Shown: in pieces, positions 1 through 9,304 of the stretch
How positions within the stretch are numbered: the first letter of the stretch is position 1
Layout of the letters: every line of letters starts with the position of its first letter
NCBI GenBank assembly: GCA_004764695.1
Contig: SMSO01000033.1
Coordinates: forward strand, 62,001 to 126,000
Length of the DNA stretch: 64,000 nt
Direction: 5' to 3'
Source of the DNA: Schizochytrium sp. TIO01
Taxonomy: Eukaryota; Protista; Bigyra: Labyrinthulomycetes
Translations under genes and position numbers: made by a program
Notes under the pieces: generated by a model
The model's database searches: none
Told to the model about the DNA's origin: nothing
Seen by the model: the letters and a program-made list of their open reading frames with translations, nothing else

Positions 1-295
1 CTGCCACCATATCTTCAAACTCGCGCTCCGTGAAACCATCAATCACCTCATTGCTCATCCAGCGCCGCTCGCACGTCGCCACGCCGCCGCTGCCTCGCGA
101 AGATTCGGTAAAGCCCACAATGTGTGTGCTTGCGGTGAGCATATCGACGCCGCGAGCTGCCACGAGCCGCGCTGGTGCCAGGCTTGACGCGTGCTGCGCC
201 GATGCCGCAGGGTTGCGGACGATCTTGGTAGCGCCGCTGAGCCGCGTTGAAGAGCGACTGAGGCTGCGCACTCCGCTGCGAGCTGCGCCAATCAT
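1..295 (-). CDS. 5' part of a mitochondrion-targeted protein, probably frataxin/CyaY-like (runs off the window start)
   Basis: ATG at 295 opens a stop-free frame to base 1: MIGAARSGVRSLSRSSTRLSGATKIVRNPAASAQHASSLAPARLVAARG...CERRWMSNEVIDGFTEREFEDMVA. The R/S/A-rich, acid-poor N-terminus fits a transit peptide. TEREFEDMVA resembles frataxin/CyaY helix 1. Not in the ORF track because it has no stop inside the window. Confidence 0.6.
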   Translation of the reverse strand, partial: MIGAARSGVRSLSRSSTRLSGATKIVRNPAASAQHASSLAPARLVAARGVDMLTASTHIVGFTESSRGSGGVATCERRWMSNEVIDGFTEREFEDMVA

Positions 296-3200
296 TGTGA
301 AAAGGAGAGAGGTTTGGTGTGCTGCTGACTTCTCAGGTCCCTACGCGCGGTGTGGCCGTCGCAGTAAGGTTTCTCGTCTATTCTGAAGTCGTCTGTGAAC
401 CTCTGGAAAGTTTCCCTTCTTGGTAATTAATTTTATTGATTTGATCAGCAATTGATTCAGGAGACACTACTAAGCTATACCTTAATAGCAATAGGCGCAT
501 TGCAAGAATAATGCGGTTCTTGTATCACAAGCGACTCAAGTCAATCTTGGTCAGATTGGCCATGGTAGCAGAGCACGGTTTGTAATCCTGGCTTGATACT
601 TGACAAAACAAACCGTAACTGATTTATAGCAGCAGCAGAACACAATTTCGCTGGTATGGCAGAACCAGCTTGATCGATTAGTTTTTTGGAATAGCACCAA
701 GAACCATTATTAAATGCAATTGTAGTTCAGTGAAGTTTAAAGTTTGTTTATGGCTAAGCGGCGTTCGGTTTGCATCGATGCCGCCATAGCGTTGCATATT
801 GCAGGTAATAATCAAGAGCAAAGACCAAGATGTTAAGGTTCTAGTAATTTTCAGGACTTCTCCATTCTGGATCTCTCTCTGTAAAATCTTTGCTCCAACG
901 ACTTAAGACAGGAGACATGTTGGTTTTGACATTACTATCTTTCATCAACTTGGAGTCATTCAACATCGCTGGTCGAGTGTGCGTGAGAGAGATAAAGAAT
1001 CCTAGGCTTTCACCCAACATGAACAAGTCTCCGCGTGAAGCATGAGGCTTGCCGTTGGCATAGAGTGTGTTCTGGAGTTCCAACACAACGACCACGCGCA
1101 ACGTTTGAGGGTTTACGGGAGCACTATCCAGCTCCAAATAGCCTCCTGGTTCGGCCCATACTTCGCCCCGAAGTTTGGAACCAGAGAGAATGCAAATGGA
1201 ACAGCCACTTTAGTAATGGTGCTACGCTACCTACTTTACCATAAGCGCAGCACTACATACTCCTGAGCTGACGAAAGGAGTTTCTCTCAGATGGGAGCTT
1301 CTTCATCTTGAAATCTAGTTTAACCCTCAAATGATCTGTCTGCTCAACTTTCGATCACATATCGCAATTCCATTGTCGAAATAGATGGCATCATAATATC
1401 CACGACTTGTCAGCAGAAAGCGCATCCAGGAGGACCACCAGGAGACGGACATTTGGGATGCTGGACATCGTTGTGGGGGTGCACTGTCAAGTATTTTACG
1501 ATCCTGATGATGATAATCTAGTGCTGTGGTGCTTTGCTTTCTTTGTATTTCTGCTTTCGCAGGCTGACAAAGATTCTTTTGAAGAGACTAAAGATAGACC
1601 AAATCGAAGTTGGCTACATATAAGTAATCGCGAAAATCCCAAACAAAAACACGCATAGGTTTCTTTCATTGCACACGCAGAGCGCGCACGAGAAAGAGAG
1701 AGAGAGAGAGGAAGAAAAAGGGAGATTCTTAATATGCATGCGCAGTGGCTAGCTTACCTCATACGATTTTCCATCAGGGATATTTCCTGTCTGATACTCT
1801 TTTAATACAGGCAGGGAATCTCACATAACAACAACAATCCGAGTAGCCTGACTGCTTTTTGTTGTTGTGGTGGTTTAATTCTGTTTACAATCTTATTTTC
1901 ATCTGTCATGAGAGTGAATTATCAAACAAAATCACTCGAAAAAGTCTCGGATAGAGCGAGCTGGAGGCTACCTACCTCTCTTAGAGCTTCCTTCGCGAAC
2001 GCCCCGATATGCTTCCAAATTTTACTTTGCAAATCTACCAACGCTACTACAATCACTTGGGACAGGATTCTCACATAGGTGCCTGATTCGCAACTTCGCT
2101 GCAGAAATCTGTAACCTTTAAACTACTTTCACAAGCCGGAGCTCAGCCCTTTCCTGATGGACCAAGGATTATGAGTTACGTTGCTCGGTGTGGCCGAAAT
2201 CTCCGCCCGCGGGCAGCAGACGAAATTGACTCTGACGTAATTCGCTCAGTGCAGCGGAGGCCAGTAGTTTGTAGAGGTCCGGTATAGATCGTGGTTTCAT
2301 CCGTATCACACTAATATGCACTTAAGATCGTCACAAGTTGTAGTGTGTCCCATTCCATCCACGAGTCAGCCCTATTTATTAATGTTTGTCCCGCTCACTC
2401 GTTATGCTTGTTTCTTTATTTTTAGTTTAGCCAAGGCAGCATAAAAGTTTAACTCGAGACCAGATAACCCGTTTTTCCTCGTTGCAAGACACCATAAAGC
2501 TGAGGTCCGAAGCTGCCCTGACAAGTGGATGGCTCCTCCATTCCACAATTGCAACCGAAAGCAGCTGGTCCTATAATCAATCACACACCTTCCTCCCCAA
2601 AAGTTATTCCAGTCATCGGAGTATGATGAAGATTGATTTTTACTATACCTCTACTTAGTCTTCAAAACCAAACAAATCTAGCACTTAAATGTGGTAGGTC
2701 TTGAAGCATAATTGTTTCTTATTGGTATGACGCTGTCGATCAAGTTAATCCTGCATGCTTGAGCACGCACCTTTACAACCTTATTAAAGCTTCCTAATTT
2801 AGCTGCTCGCCCATGGAGGTTATAGACAGCTATATACTCTAATGATGGTTTACATGGCATGAACAGTGGAAGCACACTATCGTACTAGACCTAGTTACTT
2901 TGATCATTCTCTTCATTACCTCACCAAACTGAATCTTGGAATGATACTAAGTCTGCGTGCAGTCGTTCCGCCATGTTGTCAACGACCTTCAGTTTAGGCT
3001 TGACTGTATTTCTAAACAGCACACAGCGCGAGATCAGAGTTATAGCTGCCATGCTTTGCTGTTCTAGAGCTTCTTGAACGAGGGTTTCTTCAGCAGCAAT
3101 CCACCTACCTAAAGTTGTCTTCATTTCCATGTTCTGACCCATTACATTCAGAAACTTGTGTTATAGGCTGACGCACTCCTAGGTAGAGCTCTATACCCAC

Positions 3201-5263
3201 GCTTAGAAAAGACTTTGGTTGTGTAGGAACAAGACTTCCTTCGTGTGTCACTGAGTCTTTTCGCCCCAGTGAGGACACATTGCCCGCCTGTTCGTTCGAA
3301 TGTACTCGTCGGTCCACCCGCCGAAGTTGAGGATGATGGGATTTCAGCCATCTCCACAAGCCTTGGAAAGAAAACTCGTACAATCGAGGGAGCATCTCGA
3401 GGTGAGTGTCGTGCACTCCGGGAGATTCCGCAATCCACCCTCAGGCATGCATACACGAAGGCAGAAGACCCTAGTTGTCATCGCCCCGCCCTTGTGTCCG
3501 CCTTGTGTCTTTCTTTATCTGTCCCTCTTTCACTGCCTTACCAAAATAGAGGAAGAAAAAGAAGAAATGGGAAAGTAAACGGCCTAGTGACACTATATGA
3601 TTCTTATAGCACCACCTGAGTTTAGTTCCAAGTTTATTCTCTCTCTATATATATATGTTTTAAAGTTTATATCAAAGAAAAAGAAAAAGAAAAGATGAAG
3701 GACTAAAAATATACACATAAAAAATAGAGGTATGAACGAGTGTGGAGAATGGATTATATAGGTCTCACAGATCTAAACATCAGCGATGTGCTCGAAATGC
3801 AAGATACAGCGCTGCGATTGGCGCGCTTCTGACTCTGCACGCTTTGCTCACTTTGCTCGCATTGCTGGCTTGCCTGCAGCACGTAGTTGTTTCTTGCTTC
3901 ACACATTCACACACACCTGATCTGCCTCCTTCCAGGTTACCTGGGTACCTCCGATAAATGAGATGAAAAAAACAGAATACCCCGGAGAGAAGCGGCCAAA
4001 CAGACGCCTTGCTTAATAGTTGATTGCTATGCGTGTGTTGGCTATCGCTTTCTCTCCGACACCTTGACGCAACTTGATGGGCTACACTTAGTTGCTCTTC
4101 TTCACCGTCACTGTCAAGTTCTTTTGTGTTTCCAGTCTGTGTTTTACTTATATCATTCAAGCTATAAATTGCCTTGTATTTAAATTAATTATTTCTTTCT
4201 TCGTTTCACTCTTTGCAGTGAGCCGCCTACTGTAGCCTATTGTTAATTATGGTATACACCTAACACTCATCGTCAGTGGTGCTCTGAGAGGAATGTATTT
4301 ATCTATGTATTCATTCCTAGTGCTGCTGATGTCATTCATGGGATACCCTCGAAGCGATCGTGCTGCCAACACAACCATCTCAGCCCATGCTGGCCTGGCT
4401 TCGCTCAAAGAGCAGAGCACCTATTCTGCTTCAGGTCACTTTCGTTGACTGAGACTTGGGTTTTTCAACTTCCTTTACTTTCTTTTGAAAAGCCAAAAAA
4501 ACCAATCGCGATAACACTGCAAAAAACCAATGATTTCACAACGAAAACCTGTTTTTGATTGTTGATCTGCCTATCTTATACCGCGGTTACCTACTGCAGT
4601 GCATTAAAGCAAACAGACGTCTCGAAGAAGTTCACTGCCCGCCCGGAGTGAGTGTGTATTTATTTCTGTTTGTTTGCTTATTTTTTATTTTTTTAATAAA
4701 ATAAAAGTTGTTCATTAGTTCATGTGTGCAAACGTCTCATGAAGGCGGCCATTTCTTTACTGCTCAAGCTGGTGTAGGCTCAGCAGTTGAACGATTTCGA
4801 AGTCTCAGAGCTTTGATTGAAGATGACGCATGTACTAGCGAAAAGAAAAATCCCCCTTCAAGTGATCTAGCAGCAGCTTTAGAAGATATCAAATCAGTCG
4901 GAGCGTTTGTATCTTTCAAAGCGCTTTGCACTCCGACTTCCTTGTGGCAGCAGAAGTACACTTAAAGAAACAATGAGAATAACAAGAAAAGACTCATAAG
5001 AATATACTTTTTAAATAAAAAGAAAGATTGAAAAAGAAAGATTGAAAAAGAAAGATAAAATCCGGAAGATTGAGGCATGGCACTACGCAGAAGCAAACGC
5101 AGAACGGGAAGGCAGCCCGGTCAGTCAATCAGCGCTTCTGTCCTCGCCCCGCCTTCATTGGCATTCGCGGTACTCCCGCGTCTCTGATCCATCCCTATAT
5201 TTGCCTCTTCTATCTCCTTCTCCGACACCAGCACCTGCTAGCTAGTTTCCTGCTGCCATCATC

Positions 5264-7594
5264 ATGGCCGAGGAGAGCGGCTCCAAGAGCGTGCGTGAGC
5301 TCATGCAGCAGTTCAAGGGGGGTGGCGGCGTGACAACGCCTGTGGACGAAGCCGTCAAAGGACGCTCTCGTTCTCGCCCATCTCCGCATAAGTTATCTTC
5401 TTCCGCCTCGGTGTCCTCCCTCGGATCCTCTATCAGCGCCACCCCCTCCACCACCTCCTCGTCACCTGCTCCCGTGCTCAGCTACCAGGATGAGATGCTC
5501 CGCAAGCAGCGGCTCGCTCGTGATGCCGAGAGGCGTCAGGCCCAGGAACACCGGAAGCAAACTGCAGGCTTCAAGGGATCCTCGAGCCTGGGCTTGCTAG
5601 ACCAAAGCGCCGCCATCTCTCGGCAACAGGCAGAGGCAGACCGCAAGGCCAAGGCACACGCTTCCGCCTCCGCAGCCAACTTTAAAGGCGCGGGATCCGT
5701 TTCTCTTTTAGATGGTGGTGTCGCCATGCAGCGCGCTACCGCTGACGCAGACCGGAAGGCAAAGGAAGAAGCCGCCCGCGCTGCTGGTCAGTACAAGGGC
5801 CAGCAATCCAAATTTCTCGAGGAGGTCTCCGCACTTGAGCGCCGTCGCAAGGAAGCTGATGCCAAGGCAAAGGCAGACCTAGAGGAACTCAGAGCACAGT
5901 GCAAGGGTGCGGGAGGCTCCTCACTCATGGAACAGTCTGCCCTGCTCGAGCGTCAGCGCAAGGAGGCTGACGCAAAAGCCAAGGAGCAGCTTGAGGAGAT
6001 CCGTAAGGGCTACAAGGGCGCCTCGAGCGTCTCCCTCATGGACCAGGCTGTCATGCTTGACAGGCAGCGCAAAGAGGCTGACGCAAAGGCCAAGGCACAG
6101 ATTGAGGAGCTCAGGGCACAATACAAGGGATCCGGAGAGGTTGGACTCATGGACCAGGCAGCGGTGCTTGAGAAGCAGAGAAAAGAGGCCGACGCAAAGG
6201 CCAAGGCACAGATCGAGGAGCTCAGAAAGGGCTACAAGGGTGTCTCAGGCGTCTCTCTTATGGACCAGGCTGTCATGCTTGACAGGCAGCGCAAAGAGGC
6301 TGACGCAAAGGCCAAGGCACAGATTGAGGAGCTCAGGGCACAATACAAGGGATCTGGAGAGGTTGGACTCATGGACCAGGCAGCAGTGCTTGAGAAGCAG
6401 AGGAAAGAAGCCGATGCAAAGGCCCGCCAGGAGATCGATTCGCTCAAGGCACAGTATAAGGGAGCGGGAACTGTGAGCTTGATGGACCAAGCGGCGTATG
6501 AAGACCGCAAAAACCGCGATGCAGAGAGACAGGCGAAGCAGAGTGCTGCATCTGCTGCAGCTTCGATTCGCAGCTCAGGATCGAAGATGTCGGACGAGTC
6601 TAGGCGCCTTGGAAGAGAGAACGACGACAATCACCGTCGAGCTCAGGCGGAAGCGTCCAAGGCACAGCACAGCTACCGTGGCATCTCGCTCAGTGCAGGT
6701 GAGGACGAAATGGGATCCTTGTGTGACCGCAGCTCAGCATGCGGTTCTGACCTTGCTCAACGCGACGCTATGGTCGAGAGTCAAATGGGCGAGCTCCCAG
6801 TTCACTTGGAAGAGGATGAGAATGATGGCGAGTTCGCAGCTCCCGTACCCAAGAACCAGGACGAGGAGGATGACGATGAGCTCGCCGGACCTCCCGATAA
6901 CGATGTCTACGAAGATGACGATGAGGTTATGGCACCCGCAAGCATTGTCGCCGAGGCTGAAAGCGGTGACGCCGACAACGACGAAACTCAACAGGATGTT
7001 GCCCCCCCGAATGAGGAGGGAGAGGTCACTACTCCTGTTAAGGCTGAAACAGCTCAAGAAGAAGAGATTTCTCAATCTGAAGAGGCTGTTGCTACTGATA
7101 ATGTGGAGAGCGAGGAGCAGGTAGAAGACAGTCAAGAAGAGAAGGCCCCTGCAGAGCAAGTTGAGGAGGTCACTACCTCTACCGAGGTTGTCGAGACCGA
7201 GGCTCCAGAGACTGTTGAGACTGAGACTGCTGTGGCAGAGGCTCCAGAGGCAGTCAAGACCGAGACTGCTGCAGCAGAGGCGTCAGAGGCCGTTGAGACC
7301 GAGACTGCTGCAGCAGAGGCGTCAGAGGCCGTTGAGACCGAGACTGCTGCAGCAGAGGGGCAAACCTCCTCTTCTGAGACCTCAATCAAGGCCCCCGAAG
7401 AGGCCGCAGAGACCAAGGAGTCCAGTGAACTTGAAGATACTGAAGATAAACAAAGCGATGAGGATCTCGTCCCTGACCTCGTGGACCCCAACTCAAACAA
7501 TGACAAACTCTCTTCCCGTGGATCTTTTGACACAAGTGAGGGTGCACCTCTTGCTCATGCGGAGGCCTCTTCCACTGGTGCACCTCTGGCTTAA
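5264..7594 (+). CDS. 776-aa protein with ~11 tandem 37-aa helical repeats ending in (Y/F)KG and an acidic disordered tail
   Basis: Long GC-rich ORF. Repeat consensus is roughly GxxxVSLMDQAxxLxRQRKEADAKAKAQIEELRxxYK. The C-terminus is E/D/T/A-rich. Confidence 0.9.
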   Translation: MAEESGSKSVRELMQQFKGGGGVTTPVDEAVKGRSRSRPSPHKLSSSASVSSLGSSISATPSTTSSSPAPVLSYQDEMLRKQRLARDAERRQAQEHRKQTAGFKGSSSLGLLDQSAAISRQQAEADRKAKAHASASAANFKGAGSVSLLDGGVAMQRATADADRKAKEEAARAAGQYKGQQSKFLEEVSALERRRKEADAKAKADLEELRAQCKGAGGSSLMEQSALLERQRKEADAKAKEQLEEIRKGYKGASSVSLMDQAVMLDRQRKEADAKAKAQIEELRAQYKGSGEVGLMDQAAVLEKQRKEADAKAKAQIEELRKGYKGVSGVSLMDQAVMLDRQRKEADAKAKAQIEELRAQYKGSGEVGLMDQAAVLEKQRKEADAKARQEIDSLKAQYKGAGTVSLMDQAAYEDRKNRDAERQAKQSAASAAASIRSSGSKMSDESRRLGRENDDNHRRAQAEASKAQHSYRGISLSAGEDEMGSLCDRSSACGSDLAQRDAMVESQMGELPVHLEEDENDGEFAAPVPKNQDEEDDDELAGPPDNDVYEDDDEVMAPASIVAEAESGDADNDETQQDVAPPNEEGEVTTPVKAETAQEEEISQSEEAVATDNVESEEQVEDSQEEKAPAEQVEEVTTSTEVVETEAPETVETETAVAEAPEAVKTETAAAEASEAVETETAAAEASEAVETETAAAEGQTSSSETSIKAPEEAAETKESSELEDTEDKQSDEDLVPDLVDPNSNNDKLSSRGSFDTSEGAPLAHAEASSTGAPLA
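6005..6448 (+). repeat. Near-identical 222-bp tandem duplication (2 x 111-bp repeat units) inside the CDS
   Basis: AAGGGCTACAAGGG starts at 6005 and again at 6227, and the following sequence is nearly identical in both copies. Confidence 0.85.
7193..7357 (+). repeat. 39-bp coding minisatellite (ETETAAAEASEAV-like, ~4 copies)
   Basis: Repeated GAGACCGAGACTGCTGCAGCAGAGGCGTCAGAGGCCGTT and variants. Confidence 0.8.
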
Positions 7595-8509
7595 TCATCA
7601 AGACCAAATTTTGCTTGGTGCACATATGCACTCTCAAACATCTGTGACTAATTCAAAATAATAATGCTCTACGTAGTAATATCTCAAAATCTATTCCAGC
7701 ACTAGCCCCTTTCGTCTTCTGCATGGTGTCGTTCTTCCTCTTTGTACGAGTAAAATGTCTTGGTGTCTCTGTGCATGCTTTAATTTGAGTAAATGATCAA
7801 AGACTTGATATATATTTTCTTGGCTTTAGAAAGAAGCAGGCATATCTGTCTGGTTTCAAAATGTTCTATCTCTGCTTGAAACCAATAGAATATCTTAAGC
7901 CCACTTTGTAATAGACCAGAACATGAGATGGGGAATCAAAATTAAATAACTAGCTTTCATGAACTCAAGTGTACCTGCCCACTTCACCGTCATCTCAACA
8001 TTCTTGCAGATTAATGAATCACAATGACTACGAGCAAACTGGTTGTTGTTTGGAAAAAGAAAGCAACTGGCAGACACTGGGGTCAAACTTCAAGGGCATC
8101 AAACCTGTGAGCACTCATCCCAGCTCATTCAGCCTCAATTGTTCAAATTCTTCGGAAAGCAGAACTCTCCGAGCCTCGCTAGAATCACCAAGTATAATAT
8201 ATAATTAGATATGCCAAAGAGCTAGTTTTCTGAGACCTTCTACGAGAAGCAAACGATCTCAAGCCACGGTTACAGACATTATGAAAAGCTTATACCTCAA
8301 GGAGCGGAAGCTTGCCCCTTTCGCTGCACCTACGAAAACGTTAGAATTAATATAACCTCAAAATGGCGGTGACAATATTCCATACAGGAAAGTGATATGT
8401 TATGATTATTTAGGTCTTTGTTAAGGAGCGGAGACTAGGTAAGAAACTGGAATGGCAGAAACCACCAAGTTCCAAACACTACATGTGAAGCAAACCTTCA
8501 AAATTCAAA

Positions 8510-8810
8510 TGATCAAAGAACTTCAACCAGAAGTTTGACGCCTCAGCAAGTGCCCCGCGGATGCTTCCCAGGAGGCAATCGCATATATGCAAGTGGCAAC
8601 ACTGAAGGCATCTATGGCTGCTATTTTTTTCTTGCCGGCGCGGAGCAGCACTGACAAAAGAATTATCTATGCCAGAGTGTCCTCTGGTTAGAGAATTTCA
8701 AAAGCCAGATTGGTGACCTCCAGCGTGACTATCCAGACGCCCCCGCCGTCTACAAAGGCATCGGTGGAGGGGTCGACTTCAAAGGGTAGGGCTTGGGCCT
8801 ACTGGACTAC
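8510..8810 (+). pseudogene. tnpA: IS607 TnpA (MerR-like HTH plus serine recombinase), N-terminal remnant
   Basis: KFDASASAPR...PGGNRIY is HTH/wing-like. Then IIYARVSS (8662; catalytic Ser at 8680), followed after a frameshift by ENFKSQIGDLQRDYPDAPAVYKGIGGGVDFKG*GLGLLDY. This matches the IS607 TnpA pattern YARVSS..Q..DL.RQ...L...YP....I.DIGSG.NFKR.GL..LLD. Confidence 0.85.
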
Positions 8811-9175
8811 TGAGATTTATCGCAAGCTGACACGTTGGCTCTGTCAAAGTTACGGTGTTATCATCCTTTTTGCCCAACTTTGAAACCTCAACAAGTCAAC
8901 AAGATGGACCAAAATCAAGACAGCTCCAATGAAATGTCGTTCTGTGGCTTCCGACAAGCGCTCATTCACAAGCCCGAGTCTTTTACCTGCGAGTGATGTA
9001 AACCGGTTATTTGTAAAGAGAATTGCACTTCGAAGGCATGCCATGAATGTGGTACTATCCACGACAAGCTCGAATCATCCAAGATTTTCAAATGACCCCC
9101 AAAAATTGCAAACACGCAGTCGATATTGATATCCACACCACTAGAGGCATCCTTTTGCGCTACCTATCCAAGTAA
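8811..9175 (+). pseudogene. tnpB: Fanzor2/TnpB C-terminal remnant (RuvC-II, Zn ribbon, RuvC-III)
   Basis: EIYRKLTRWLCQSYGVII/LPNFETS...FCGFRQALIHK...VICKENCTSKACHECGTIHDKLESSKIFK*P/CKHAVDIDIHTTRGILLRYLSK*, with frameshifts and stops. Confidence 0.85.
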
Positions 9176-9304
9176 GGACATCATTTAAGAATCATCTTCG
9201 CGTCGCGGGATCGTCTTTATAAACATCCGCGATCGGGCCATAGCTCCATTCTGTCACCACGGGAAAATGCAAGTTTTGCATATATTACAGGTTAAACTCT
9301 AAGT
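9176..9304 (+). ncRNA. Candidate Fanzor omega-RNA scaffold / transposon right end (copy 1)
   Basis: Lies directly 3' of the Fanzor remnant. Stem 9203-9211/9225-9232, a GGGC-CATA-GCTC hairpin, and a CTGT...ATGCAA-GTT-TTGCAT...ACAG stem. All are conserved in copy 2. Confidence 0.5.

Larger units (their letters stand above)
8510..9304 (+). mobile_element. Degenerate, internally deleted IS607-family element carrying TnpA and Fanzor2/TnpB remnants (copy 1); ends approximate
   Basis: Manual translation gives TnpA motifs (8530-8810) joined to a Fanzor C-terminal half (8811-9175), then a structured 3' region. It is homologous to 15464-16094. Confidence 0.85.

Noticed and set aside
3230-3300. GGQCVLTGAK on the minus strand as the start of an HNH nuclease
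   Set aside because: The following AHI and N-G-L motifs could not be found in any frame.
5536-7661. Overlapping alternative-frame and antisense ORFs in the repeat gene (likewise within the other long CDSs)
   Set aside because: These are expected shadows of GC-rich, repetitive coding sequence.
8510-9304. Active Fanzor nuclease or transposase
   Set aside because: Both copies lack RuvC-I and the N-terminal lobe and carry stops and frameshifts; copy 2 TnpA has also lost its catalytic Ser.
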